DNA from: Nitrospirae bacterium GWF2_44_13
GTDB lineage: Bacteria; Nitrospirota; Thermodesulfovibrionia; Thermodesulfovibrionales; UBA1546
NCBI GenBank assembly: GCA_001805105.1
Contig: MHEE01000015.1
Location: forward strand, 294,024 to 358,023
Direction of reading: 5' to 3'
Length of the DNA stretch: 64,000 bases
This document shows, piece after piece, positions 19,786 to 29,469 of the stretch (the first letter of the stretch is position 1; every line of letters begins with the position of its first letter). The position numbers were made by a program, and so were the translations under genes. The notes beneath the pieces were generated by a model. That model was not told the origin of the DNA, ran no database searches, and worked only from the letters and a program-made list of their open reading frames with translations.

Positions 19786-20274
19786 CTATCTCTTCCTGAA
19801 CAGAGAAAAGAGCCCCCACACGCCTCCAAAAACAGCTCCCATGGCAACAGCTGCACGCCAGTCAAACAGTGTGGTTACATTGCCTTCAACATTATTGGCA
19901 ATCATCAGGACAGATGCGCTGTTCTTAACCTTGATATTCATAGCAGCCATAACACCCACTGCGCTCTTATTGGAAACCGCTTCCTCTTTTGATACGACCA
20001 TGGGAGACAGGGAGAAATTAAGCGATACATTGTTCCCTGCGGTTACCGCGCTGATGCTCTGGTTCAGGCTCACGTCATTGCCTCTGAGAATGCAGGCAGC
20101 GCCCTGCGTAACTTCAATCCTGTCGCCGTCAATGCTCAGGGCTCCTACCTGCTGCATCTCAATATGCCCGCCATCAACAGCCCTTACAGAACTCTGTTTT
20201 ATATTTACGGATTCAGCCTCAATTATCTCGACATCCTTCTCTTTGATAATCTCTTTTTTACTCTTTGCTGTCAT
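19786..20274 (-). CDS. Hypothetical beta-rich protein with C-terminal membrane anchor
   Basis: Co-oriented between valS and nadC; GGAAGGGG RBS; hydrophobic C-terminus. Confidence 0.65.
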   Translation of the reverse strand: MTAKSKKEIIKEKDVEIIEAESVNIKQSSVRAVDGGHIEMQQVGALSIDGDRIEVTQGAACILRGNDVSLNQSISAVTAGNNVSLNFSLSPMVVSKEEAVSNKSAVGVMAAMNIKVKNSASVLMIANNVEGNVTTLFDWRAAVAMGAVFGGVWGLFSLFRKR

Positions 20275-20290
20275 ATTACCCCCTTCCGCC

Positions 20291-23041
20291 TTAGGCGGAT
20301 CCTGCTGCTTTAAATTTGTTAATGTTCTCCTTTATCCTTTCCTTCTTTGCGGCAAGCTCGCTGCGCTTCGCTTTCTCTTTTTCAACTACCTCGTCAGGCG
20401 CTTTTTTAAGAAAATCCTCATTCATCAATTTTCTGTCAATGAAAGCCATCGCCTCTTCAACCTTTCTTGATTCCTTTATAAGTTTATCAATTTCCGCGTC
20501 AATATTCAAAAGCCCCTTAATCGGGATGTATACTTCCATGAAATCCTTAACGCATACGGCAGAATCAGCAGGCTTTTTTATATCCTCCCCAATTGTTACA
20601 TCCGCCGTCCGCGAAAGCTTTTTGATGTAATGCAGATTGGCCCTGAGAATATCCGATACTTCACCGGAAAAGGCCTTTATTAATACGGTTACCTCAACAG
20701 AAGACCCGATATTCACTTCGCCCCTGACAGTCCTTATCCCTGTTATCGCCTCTATAACATAAGAGATTTCTGTTTCTGCCTGAAGGTCTCTTGGAAGCGA
20801 TTGAGGATAATCGGAAATAACAATGCTCTTCCTGCACAACCCCGGCTTGCCGGGGCCCGCTGAGCGCGGCTCGTTGCCGGCAAAGGGCATGTTCTGCCAT
20901 ATCTCTTCTGTTACAAAAGGCATGAACGGATGAAGAAGCTTCAGGGAGGTTTCAAGCGTATAAAGCAGGCACTGCATAACCCCGGCCGTTGCTCCCGGAT
21001 TGCTTATCTCAGTCTTTGACATCTCAATATACCAGTCGCAGAACTCATGCCATATAAAATGATAGATGCTGTTTGCCGCATCATTAAATCTATATTCTTC
21101 AAGCGCTGCGTTTATTTCATCAGCGGTTCCTGCCAGCCTGCTCAGTATCCACCTGCTGGCAAGGTCGAGTTCAGCAGGCGGTGAATCGGTCGCCGAGGAG
21201 AGCCGAGGAGAGTGAATCGGCGAATTTACCTCATCTGTCTTTATGTTCATCATTATAAATCTTGTTGCATTCCACAGCTTGTTGACAAAATGCCTGTATC
21301 CCTCAACCCTCTCCTCCGAGAATCTGATGTCCCTGCCCTGAGCTGCAAACGCACAGAGCGTAAACCTGAAAGCATCCGTGCCGTGCTTATCTATCATTAT
21401 CAAAGGGTCAATAACATTGCCTTTTGACTTTGACATCTTCTGCCCTGAGGAATCCCTGATAATCGCATGTATATAAACATCTCTGAAAGGCGCGTCCTCC
21501 ATGAACTTAAGCCCCATCATTATCATGCGCGCAACCCAGAAAAACAGGATATCAAAGGCAGTTATCAGAACACTCGTAGGATAAAATTTCTTTAAATCAT
21601 CAGCGGGTTCAGGCCAGCCAAGAGTTGAAAAAGGCCAGAGCGCAGATGAAAACCAGGTATCAAGCACATCTTCGTCCTGAACTAATTTTTTTGAACCGCA
21701 GAACGAACATTCTTTCGGAGTTTCGCGTGATACGACAACCCCTCCTTTTTTCCTGCACATTTCATTATTCATTTCCTGGCAGTACCATGCAGGAATCCTG
21801 TGCCCCCACCATATCTGGCGCGAAATGCACCAGTCCTTTATATTTTCCATCCACCCGAAATACGAGTTTTCCCATGACTGAGGCATTATTCTTATCTTTC
21901 CGCTTCTAACGGAGTCCATCGCATCTCTTGCAAGCGTCCCTACATTCACATACCACTGCAGTGTCGGCAGGGGCTCTATTATTGTCTTGCACCTGTAACA
22001 GTGTCCGACTGCATGGCGGTGTTTTTCTTCCTTTTCAATAAATTGCAGATTTTTTAAATCACTTACAACACGTTTTCTGCATTCATATCTGTCAAGCCCT
22101 TCATACTTAAGCCCTGCATCAGAAGTCATCTTGCCTTCTTTCCCTATGACAACAACAAAAGGCAGCGAAGGGTTCTGTCTTTTTGCAATAGCCTCATCAT
22201 TGAAATCATGGGCAGGCGTCACTTTAACAGCGCCTGTGCCGAATGCCGTATCAACAGCGCTGTCAGGAACAACAGGTATCTTTCTGTCTGTAAGAGGCAG
22301 GGCTATTGTTTTCCCTATAACATCTTTGTATCGGGCATCAGAGGGATTTACGGCAACCGCACTATCTCCAAGCATGGTCTCAGGCCTTGTAGTGGCAACT
22401 GTTAAATATCCGCTGCCGTCTGAAAAAGGGTATTTTATATAAGTCAATGTTCCGTCAAACTCATCGTGCTCTACTTCAAGGTCAGACAACGCTGTATGAC
22501 AGCGCGGGCACCAGTTTATCAATCTGTTGTCGCGGTATATCAGCCCTTCTTCGTGAAGCCTTACAAAGACCTCTCTTACAGCCTTTGAGAGGCCTTCATC
22601 AAGCGTAAACCTTTCCCTGGACCAGTCACACGATGCTCCTATCCTTTTAAGCTGATGTGTTATCCTGCCGCCGTATTCAGCCTTCCATTTCCATACCCTG
22701 TCAATAAAAGCTTCCCTTCCGAGCTGCTGCCGTGTAAGCTTTTCTGTTGAAAGCTGCCTTTCAACTACATTCTGGGTTGCGATACCGGCATGGTCGGTGC
22801 CCGGAAGCCACAACACGCTGAAACCGCACATCCTTTTCCATCGCACAAGAATATCCTGAAGCGTTGCGTTAAGGGCGTGCCCCATGTGAAGCGAGCCTGT
22901 AACATTCGGAGGAGGGATTACGATTGAATAAGGTTTTCCGGAGGGATTTATCTCAGGTTTGAAATAGCCCTCATTAACCCACAGTTCATACCATTTCTCT
23001 TCTATCCCTTCGGGAATATAACTCTTGCTTAATTCCGTCAC
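20291..23041 (-). CDS. valS: Valyl-tRNA synthetase
   Basis: PPPNVTG.LHMGH, DWCISRQ, KMSKS, C-terminal coiled coil. Confidence 0.98.
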   Translation of the reverse strand: MTELSKSYIPEGIEEKWYELWVNEGYFKPEINPSGKPYSIVIPPPNVTGSLHMGHALNATLQDILVRWKRMCGFSVLWLPGTDHAGIATQNVVERQLSTEKLTRQQLGREAFIDRVWKWKAEYGGRITHQLKRIGASCDWSRERFTLDEGLSKAVREVFVRLHEEGLIYRDNRLINWCPRCHTALSDLEVEHDEFDGTLTYIKYPFSDGSGYLTVATTRPETMLGDSAVAVNPSDARYKDVIGKTIALPLTDRKIPVVPDSAVDTAFGTGAVKVTPAHDFNDEAIAKRQNPSLPFVVVIGKEGKMTSDAGLKYEGLDRYECRKRVVSDLKNLQFIEKEEKHRHAVGHCYRCKTIIEPLPTLQWYVNVGTLARDAMDSVRSGKIRIMPQSWENSYFGWMENIKDWCISRQIWWGHRIPAWYCQEMNNEMCRKKGGVVVSRETPKECSFCGSKKLVQDEDVLDTWFSSALWPFSTLGWPEPADDLKKFYPTSVLITAFDILFFWVARMIMMGLKFMEDAPFRDVYIHAIIRDSSGQKMSKSKGNVIDPLIMIDKHGTDAFRFTLCAFAAQGRDIRFSEERVEGYRHFVNKLWNATRFIMMNIKTDEVNSPIHSPRLSSATDSPPAELDLASRWILSRLAGTADEINAALEEYRFNDAANSIYHFIWHEFCDWYIEMSKTEISNPGATAGVMQCLLYTLETSLKLLHPFMPFVTEEIWQNMPFAGNEPRSAGPGKPGLCRKSIVISDYPQSLPRDLQAETEISYVIEAITGIRTVRGEVNIGSSVEVTVLIKAFSGEVSDILRANLHYIKKLSRTADVTIGEDIKKPADSAVCVKDFMEVYIPIKGLLNIDAEIDKLIKESRKVEEAMAFIDRKLMNEDFLKKAPDEVVEKEKAKRSELAAKKERIKENINKFKAAGSA

Positions 23042-23042
23042 A

Positions 23043-24110
23043 CTACATCTCTGACTTTATCTTCTCTATCTCTTTTGCAATCAAAGTCTCTGCGATATCA
23101 GGAACAGTCTCCCACATTATCTTTTCAATTTCCTTGCTTAACGATGCGAGTGAACTCTGCAGCACTTCCTTGACCAGTTTATCGGTAAGCTCAGGAGCTA
23201 TTTCCCACAAGATTTTTTCAACTGAATCTTTTAATACCGGCATAAGCGACTCAAGCATTACACCTTTAATATCTATAGCGGAAAGGGCTGACACTATCCT
23301 TTCGTCAACCGCTTTCTTAAACATCGGGATAAGCTCCTCTTTTGATGGAATCTGCACCCCCAGCCCCAGCATTTCTTTTCTCACTTGTATCTCCGCAGGT
23401 GCGGGAATAACCTGCTCCTTAAACACCGGCGGGACTGCCCTCGCCATGCTCTCTTTTTCCGATGCTTCCATAACAGGAACTGCTATTATGTCCTCTACTG
23501 TCATTTCCTCCGCTTCCACCTCTGCCTCTTCTGCAACTTCAAATACACCGGCTTCCTGCTCCGCAGTTTCAAGCGCTTGGGCAATACTGACTTCTTCTTC
23601 TGCGGACACCTCTTCTATCCCGGCAGGAGTCTCCACAGAAACCCCTTCAACTGCCTCCATTGCCCAGAGGTCTTCTTCAGCGCCAACAGCCTCTGCAAAC
23701 ACCTCTGCTTCTACAGCTTCTGCTGTCTCTTCCATTGTTGATGCAGATACCAGCGCCGCATTTATCTTGCTTATTAATTCCTGAGATTCAAATGGTTTTA
23801 TAACAAAACTGTCTGCCTTTACATTCCTTGCAAGCTCCTCGTCCAGAGGCTCAAATGCCCCTGAAAGAAGAATTACAGGAACATTTTTTGTTAAAGGATG
23901 CGCCTTCAATTTTTCGCACAGCTGATAGCCGTTCATCTTCGGCATCTCTATATCTGCAAGGACTACATCAGGCTTGAATGTCTCGATTACGGCAAGCGCC
24001 TCCTCACCATTATTCACAGCCTTTATCTCAAACCCTTCCTCTGCAAGGACGAGCTCTACAACCTTCTGTATTGTAATACTGTCATCTGCAAGAAGCATCT
24101 TACGCGCCAT
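23043..24110 (-). CDS. Response regulator, RomR-like (receiver + acidic linker + conserved C-terminal helix)
   Basis: LLADDSITIQKVV receiver; Glu/Ala-rich linker; EKI.WE..P motif twice. Confidence 0.75.
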   Translation of the reverse strand: MARKMLLADDSITIQKVVELVLAEEGFEIKAVNNGEEALAVIETFKPDVVLADIEMPKMNGYQLCEKLKAHPLTKNVPVILLSGAFEPLDEELARNVKADSFVIKPFESQELISKINAALVSASTMEETAEAVEAEVFAEAVGAEEDLWAMEAVEGVSVETPAGIEEVSAEEEVSIAQALETAEQEAGVFEVAEEAEVEAEEMTVEDIIAVPVMEASEKESMARAVPPVFKEQVIPAPAEIQVRKEMLGLGVQIPSKEELIPMFKKAVDERIVSALSAIDIKGVMLESLMPVLKDSVEKILWEIAPELTDKLVKEVLQSSLASLSKEIEKIMWETVPDIAETLIAKEIEKIKSEM

Positions 24111-24353
24111 AAATTACTCCTTCCGGTATTTTCCAAATTTTATTGCCAAGACGCAAAAAAGTCAAGCATTTTCGCACAGTTAGTAATTTCCCCTGCGCAT
24201 CTGATACACTAAAAATGAAAATGAAACATTTTTATCGTGAAATTGACTGCTTGTAATAGAGGCCAGAGAGAATATATTTTACCGGCAGATATGATTCTTA
24301 ATATGTTCCAATAGTATTTGACCAAACACAATGAATCTTTTAAAATCAACTAT

Positions 24354-24436
24354 GCGAGAGTGGCGGAACTGGCAGACGCGCAGGACTTAGGATCCTGTGG
24401 GCAACCGTAGGGGTTCAACTCCCCTCTCTCGCACCA
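24354..24436 (+). tRNA. tRNA-Leu(TAG)
   Basis: Cloverleaf GCGAGAG...CTCTCGC-ACCA, anticodon loop CT-TAG-GA, variable arm. Confidence 0.95.
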
Positions 24437-24514
24437 TTATAAATAATTCCGGTATAAATAGAGATTTATCTGAATCCTTTGTTATAATCTCCATAGAGGA
24501 AAAAGGGGGGGCTG

Positions 24515-24880
24515 ATGCTGAAAAAATATTTTCTGTTATCATTTACTGCCTGCATTTTAATGCTCTTTTATTCAGGGACCGTGTTCGGCGGCGATTATAT
24601 CATAACCAAATGGCGCCCCATTTCTTCAAAACACAAAAGGGCAAAGCTGCAGAAAAGAGAGGCAACGATAACCATTAAATATCAGGGAAGCGGCAGCAGG
24701 TTAATAAACAATAGCTGTTTCAAGGCAGTCTTTGAAGACGACTCTGAATGCGATGGGACTTACGGAGACTTTAAAGATACAAGAATAGATTCAGGGCGGC
24801 GCATTACGAGAAGAGTTTATTTCTGCGAAAACAAGTATAAAATTAAAGAGATAACCTATACCTGCAAAGATTCATTTTAG
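24515..24880 (+). CDS. Small secreted hypothetical protein
   Basis: Signal-peptide-like N-terminus; four Cys in the mature part. Confidence 0.6.
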   Translation: MLKKYFLLSFTACILMLFYSGTVFGGDYIITKWRPISSKHKRAKLQKREATITIKYQGSGSRLINNSCFKAVFEDDSECDGTYGDFKDTRIDSGRRITRRVYFCENKYKIKEITYTCKDSF

Positions 24881-24887
24881 GTTTTAA

Positions 24888-26342
24888 ATGAAGATACCAG
24901 TTAAAAATATCAGAGAAACAAACTGTGCCTGCGATGCGCTGATTCTCCCTTTTGTAGAAGGGGCTTCAGAGTTTTATAAAAAATTCGGTTCAGCCTTTCA
25001 GAAACAAATCAGGAAAGCATTCTCAAAGGAATTCCACGGTAAGCGGAACGAGCTTCTTCTGATGCCGACGACTGAAGGGGTAAAACCCGAAAGAATATTG
25101 CTTATCGGCCTTGGCAAAAAAAATGAGGTATCTGCCGAAAGCATAAGGCAGGCAGGCGGAAAAGCAGCAGTGCATCTTCGCGACAAAGGGATGAAAAAGA
25201 TTGCGGTTTCCACAAGCCTTATATCATTTCTTAACCTCTCGCCTCTGAATTTCATAGAGGGCGCTTTGCTAAGTTTATATAAATATGAGAGATACAGGAA
25301 AGAAAAAGACAACAAGAAGATAGATAACATTACAATACTCTCTAAAACATCAAAAAGACTTAGCGATGAACTCAAATGGACCGAGGCCATAACATCCTCT
25401 GTATATTTTGCGAGGGATTTGATAAACACCCCCTCCAATGACATGACGCCAGCCCACCTTGCAAAGGCGGCGTTGTCTCTCAGAAATAAAAGGCTTTCCG
25501 TAAAGGTGCTTGAGAGAAAAGATGCTGAAAGACTCGGCATGAATGTTTATCTATCCGTCACAAAAGGCTCCCATGAACCTCCTAAGTTTATAGTTCTTCA
25601 ATACAAAGGAGCAAAATCAAAACCACTCGCATTAATCGGGAAGTCTATTACATTTGACAGCGGAGGCATATCGCTAAAGCCTTCTGACGGCATGGAAAAA
25701 ATGAAGTATGACATGGCAGGGGGTGCAGCTGTTTTAGGCGTATTAAAGGCTGCTTCGGAATTGAAACTTCCGGTTAACCTTGTCGGCATACTGCCTGCAA
25801 CGGAAAACCTGCCCGGAGGCTCTGCAACAAAGCCTGGCGATATAGCAAGGTCAATCACGGGAAAGACCGTAGAGATAATAAATACAGATGCGGAAGGCAG
25901 ACTGATACTTGCCGATGCAATCGGATATGCAATAAAACATTTCGGGCCGAAGGCGATTATTGACATCGCAACCCTTACAGGCGCGTGCTCCGTTGCGCTC
26001 GGAAACGAGGCCATTGCTATGATGGGAAATGACAGGAAACTGATAGATAATATAAAAAAATCTGCTGAGAGAACCTGCGAGCGCGTATGGGAGATGCCTT
26101 TATTTGATGAATACAAGGAGTACTTAAAAAGCGACATCGCTGATATCAAAAACACGGGCGGCAAAAACGGCTCGCTTGTAACAGCGGCATATTTCCTGTA
26201 TGAATTCGCGGGAAAAACGCCTTGGGTTCATCTTGACATAGCAGGCACTGCGTGGGTGGAAAAAGACAAGCCTTACATTCCAAAGGGCGCTTCAGCTATC
26301 GGCGTCAGGCTGATAATGGATGTGATAAAGAATTTAAAATGA
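24888..26342 (+). CDS. pepA: Leucyl aminopeptidase (M17)
   Basis: GK.ITFDSGG, MKYDMAG, NTDAEGRL. Confidence 0.95.
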   Translation: MKIPVKNIRETNCACDALILPFVEGASEFYKKFGSAFQKQIRKAFSKEFHGKRNELLLMPTTEGVKPERILLIGLGKKNEVSAESIRQAGGKAAVHLRDKGMKKIAVSTSLISFLNLSPLNFIEGALLSLYKYERYRKEKDNKKIDNITILSKTSKRLSDELKWTEAITSSVYFARDLINTPSNDMTPAHLAKAALSLRNKRLSVKVLERKDAERLGMNVYLSVTKGSHEPPKFIVLQYKGAKSKPLALIGKSITFDSGGISLKPSDGMEKMKYDMAGGAAVLGVLKAASELKLPVNLVGILPATENLPGGSATKPGDIARSITGKTVEIINTDAEGRLILADAIGYAIKHFGPKAIIDIATLTGACSVALGNEAIAMMGNDRKLIDNIKKSAERTCERVWEMPLFDEYKEYLKSDIADIKNTGGKNGSLVTAAYFLYEFAGKTPWVHLDIAGTAWVEKDKPYIPKGASAIGVRLIMDVIKNLK

Positions 26343-26345
26343 CGA

Positions 26346-27437
26346 TTACTTGACGTATCCTTCGACTAAAATATCTTCGCCGATTCTCTTGACTTTTACA
26401 TCTTTTAACTGATGCGCTTCAGGAAGTTTTCTGAATGCCTTTCCGCCTACGCATGGAAACGACTCCCTCCCTCCGATAATCTTTGGAGCAATGAAAAACA
26501 TTACCTTATCAACAATGCCATCTTCAAACGCGTGGCTGTTTAAGGAAGAGCCTCCCTCAATCATCACAGATGTTATCCCTGTCTCACCAAGCTTTTTCAT
26601 CAGCCAATTCAGGTCAACACGCTCTCCCTCGTAGTCAACTATCTTTATGTTTTTCTCTAGAAGTGTTTTCTTTTTAGACTCTGACGCTTGACTCTTTGAC
26701 ACTTTCGTAACTATTACCGTCTTAGGCGGCGTATTTAATAGCTTCGCATCAATAGGAATCTCAAAATCAGGGTCTATTACAATTCGAATTGGACTTCTTG
26801 CCACTTTTTTTGTTCTTGCAGTCAGCTGCGGGTCATCAGCCTTCACTGTCCCTATAGCTGTCATCACAGCGTCAACGCTGCCTCTTGTCTTGTGAACCAA
26901 TTCTCTTGCCTTTTCTCCTGTAATCCACTTTGACTCTCCTTCAGGAGTGGCAATCTTTCCGTCAAGGGTCATTGCAACTTTTAATATCACAAACGGCCTT
27001 TTTGTCATAATATATTTTGCGTAAGCTTCGTTCAGCCTAATTGAATCTTTCTCGAGAATTCCAGAGACTACATTTATGCCTGATTTGCTGAGTTCTTCTA
27101 TCCCTTTCCCTGAAACCTTTGGATTGGGGTCTTTCATGCCTATGACAACTTTCCTTATTCCTGCTTTGATAATCGCCTTTGTACATGGAGGAGTCCGCTT
27201 ATCTGTATGACAGCATGGTTCAAGGTTCACATAAAGCGTTGCGCCTTTTACCTTTTCTCCGGCTTTGCCTATGACAAGAGCCTCTGCGTGAGGAGCGCCG
27301 GGTTTTCTGTGATAGTCCTCTGCAATGATTTTCCCGTTTTTGACAAGCACAGCGCCTACCATCGGATTCGGGCTTGTCATGCCGCTTGCCTTTCCGGCAA
27401 GCCTCAGAACCCGTTTCATAAAAGCTGTATCTTTCAT
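26346..27437 (-). CDS. ribD: Riboflavin biosynthesis deaminase/reductase
   Basis: PNPMVG, HAE, LEPCCH..TPPC, TLDGKIA, IEGG. Confidence 0.96.
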   Translation of the reverse strand: MKDTAFMKRVLRLAGKASGMTSPNPMVGAVLVKNGKIIAEDYHRKPGAPHAEALVIGKAGEKVKGATLYVNLEPCCHTDKRTPPCTKAIIKAGIRKVVIGMKDPNPKVSGKGIEELSKSGINVVSGILEKDSIRLNEAYAKYIMTKRPFVILKVAMTLDGKIATPEGESKWITGEKARELVHKTRGSVDAVMTAIGTVKADDPQLTARTKKVARSPIRIVIDPDFEIPIDAKLLNTPPKTVIVTKVSKSQASESKKKTLLEKNIKIVDYEGERVDLNWLMKKLGETGITSVMIEGGSSLNSHAFEDGIVDKVMFFIAPKIIGGRESFPCVGGKAFRKLPEAHQLKDVKVKRIGEDILVEGYVK

Positions 27438-27463
27438 AGGTAATACTTTGTTAGCCCTTACAC

Positions 27464-29398
27464 TTACTTCTTCATATAAGGCAGCAGGCCGCCTTTCAGA
27501 ATAATTTCCCTCTGTCTGTCATTCAAATCTGATACAACCTCGAATGCGGCGCCCTTTGTTATGTTTTCAATGTTATAAACCTGACTGCCGTTAAGTGAAT
27601 TTATCACATCCTTAATGACAAGCCTGTCGCCCTTCTCTGCTTTCTCATAGTCAGCGGGGTTTTTGAACTGTAACGGCAATATTCCGAAGTTTATGAGATT
27701 TGCCTTATGAATCCTTGCAAATGACTTTGCAAGCACTGCCTGAAGCCCGAGGAACATCGGAGCCATCGCAGCGTGCTCGCGTGATGAACCCTGACCGTAG
27801 TTCTCACCGCCTATGATAATGCATCCGCCCTTTTCCTTTGCCTCTTTAGCCCTTTTGCTGAATGTAGCATCAATGCCGCTGAAGACAAACTCTGAAATCT
27901 TAGGTATGTTTGAGCGAAATGGGAGGACTTTTGAGCCAGCTGGCATAATGTCGTCAGTTGTTATGTTATCTCCTGCTTTCAGTAAAACCTCTGCCTCAAT
28001 CCTGTCTTTCAGAGGCTCTTTTACGGGAACATCTTTTATGTTCGGGCCCTTTATTACCTTCACATCTGATGCGGCCTTCAGAGGAGGAATTATAAAGCTC
28101 CTGTTTATCAGATATTTGGAAGGCTCTTCAAAGCTGCCTATTTTAATGCCTGATTCGCGGGAATCAACTATTTCTCCCTTAATTGCAAAGACAGCGCAAG
28201 ACACAGGGCTTGCAAGATAAACAAATGCATCCTTTGTCCCGCTTCTTCCCTGGAAATTCCTGTTATATGAGCGCACTGATATCTGGCCGCTGCCCGGCGC
28301 TCCGCCCATTCCGATACATGGCCCACATGATGCCTCAAGCATTCTTGCGCCTGATGCGATCATGTCTGCGATGAGTCCTTCCCGTGAAATCATCTCATAT
28401 ACCTGTTTTGAACCCGGGTTTATCAGTAGGGTTATGCCCTCTGAAACAGTTTTGCCCTTCAGAATGGTTGCAACTGCCTTTAAACCCTGATATGAAGAAT
28501 TTGTACAGCTTCCGATGCATATCTGGTCAACCTTTGTGCCTTTAAGGCTTTTCACAGTAACAACATTGTCAGGGCTGTGGGGCTGGGCTATCATCGGCTC
28601 TATTGCGCCTAAATCAATATCTATTATCTCCGAATACTCTGCGTCATCGTCTGCCTTAAGCTCTACCCAGTCAGTTTCTCTGCCGACTGCTTTAAGATAG
28701 AATTTTGTTCTCCCATCACTCGGGAATATCGATGTTGTTGCCCCAAGTTCTGCGCCCATATTTGTAATCGCAGCCCTCTCAGGAACATTCAGGTCTTTAA
28801 CTCCCGTCCCTCCGTATTCAAATATTTTTCCGACACCGCCTTTTACAGTAAGCCTCCTAAGGATTTCAAGAATAACATCCATTGCACTAACCCACGGGCG
28901 ATTAAGTTTTCCTGTGAGATTTATCTTTACAACCTTGGGAATTGCGAGTTCAAACGGCGCTCCGGCCATCACTGTTGCGGCATCGAGACCGCCTACGCCT
29001 ATGGCAATCATTCCCATTCCGCCGCCTGTCGGCGTATGGCTGTCAGTGCCGAGAGCGACTCTTCCTGGCGCGGCAAACTGCTCAAGATGAACCTGATGGC
29101 AGATTCCATTGCCGGGCCTTGAAAAATACGCGCCGTATTTTGCGGCTGCGGTCTGAAGGAATTTATGGTCATCAGGATTCATGTAATCTGTCTGGAGCAT
29201 GTTATGGTCAATGTATGAGACGGCAAGCGGAACCTTAACCCTGTCAACGCCAATAGCTTCAAACTGAAGCCATGTCATAGTGCCTGTTGCATCCTGAGTA
29301 TATACCTGGTCAATCCTGAGCCCGACAGGACTGCCTGTTTTCAGCTCGCCATAGGCTTTATGCGCCTCAAAAATCTTCTCTACGATATTTTTAGCCAC
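27464..29398 (-). CDS. Aconitate hydratase (short single-chain type)
   Basis: QDATG, DSHT, IGSCTN, CGPCIG, NYGQGSSREHA. Confidence 0.9.
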   Translation of the reverse strand: MAKNIVEKIFEAHKAYGELKTGSPVGLRIDQVYTQDATGTMTWLQFEAIGVDRVKVPLAVSYIDHNMLQTDYMNPDDHKFLQTAAAKYGAYFSRPGNGICHQVHLEQFAAPGRVALGTDSHTPTGGGMGMIAIGVGGLDAATVMAGAPFELAIPKVVKINLTGKLNRPWVSAMDVILEILRRLTVKGGVGKIFEYGGTGVKDLNVPERAAITNMGAELGATTSIFPSDGRTKFYLKAVGRETDWVELKADDDAEYSEIIDIDLGAIEPMIAQPHSPDNVVTVKSLKGTKVDQICIGSCTNSSYQGLKAVATILKGKTVSEGITLLINPGSKQVYEMISREGLIADMIASGARMLEASCGPCIGMGGAPGSGQISVRSYNRNFQGRSGTKDAFVYLASPVSCAVFAIKGEIVDSRESGIKIGSFEEPSKYLINRSFIIPPLKAASDVKVIKGPNIKDVPVKEPLKDRIEAEVLLKAGDNITTDDIMPAGSKVLPFRSNIPKISEFVFSGIDATFSKRAKEAKEKGGCIIIGGENYGQGSSREHAAMAPMFLGLQAVLAKSFARIHKANLINFGILPLQFKNPADYEKAEKGDRLVIKDVINSLNGSQVYNIENITKGAAFEVVSDLNDRQREIILKGGLLPYMKK

Positions 29399-29469
29399 GC
29401 CGCACCTCGCATTCTCAGTATCAATTTATTTATTCTACATATCTGATGTCAGCGGAATCAACTTTTAAA

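Noticed and set aside
19514-20470. Long antisense ORFs (e.g. 19514-20470, 48292-49050, 23134-23784)
   Set aside because: They are shadows of well-supported genes on the opposite strand with no recognisable motifs.
26683-26712. Possible degenerate GTCA-type repeat in ribD (VSKSQASES)
   Set aside because: Too short and irregular to support as an element without alignment.
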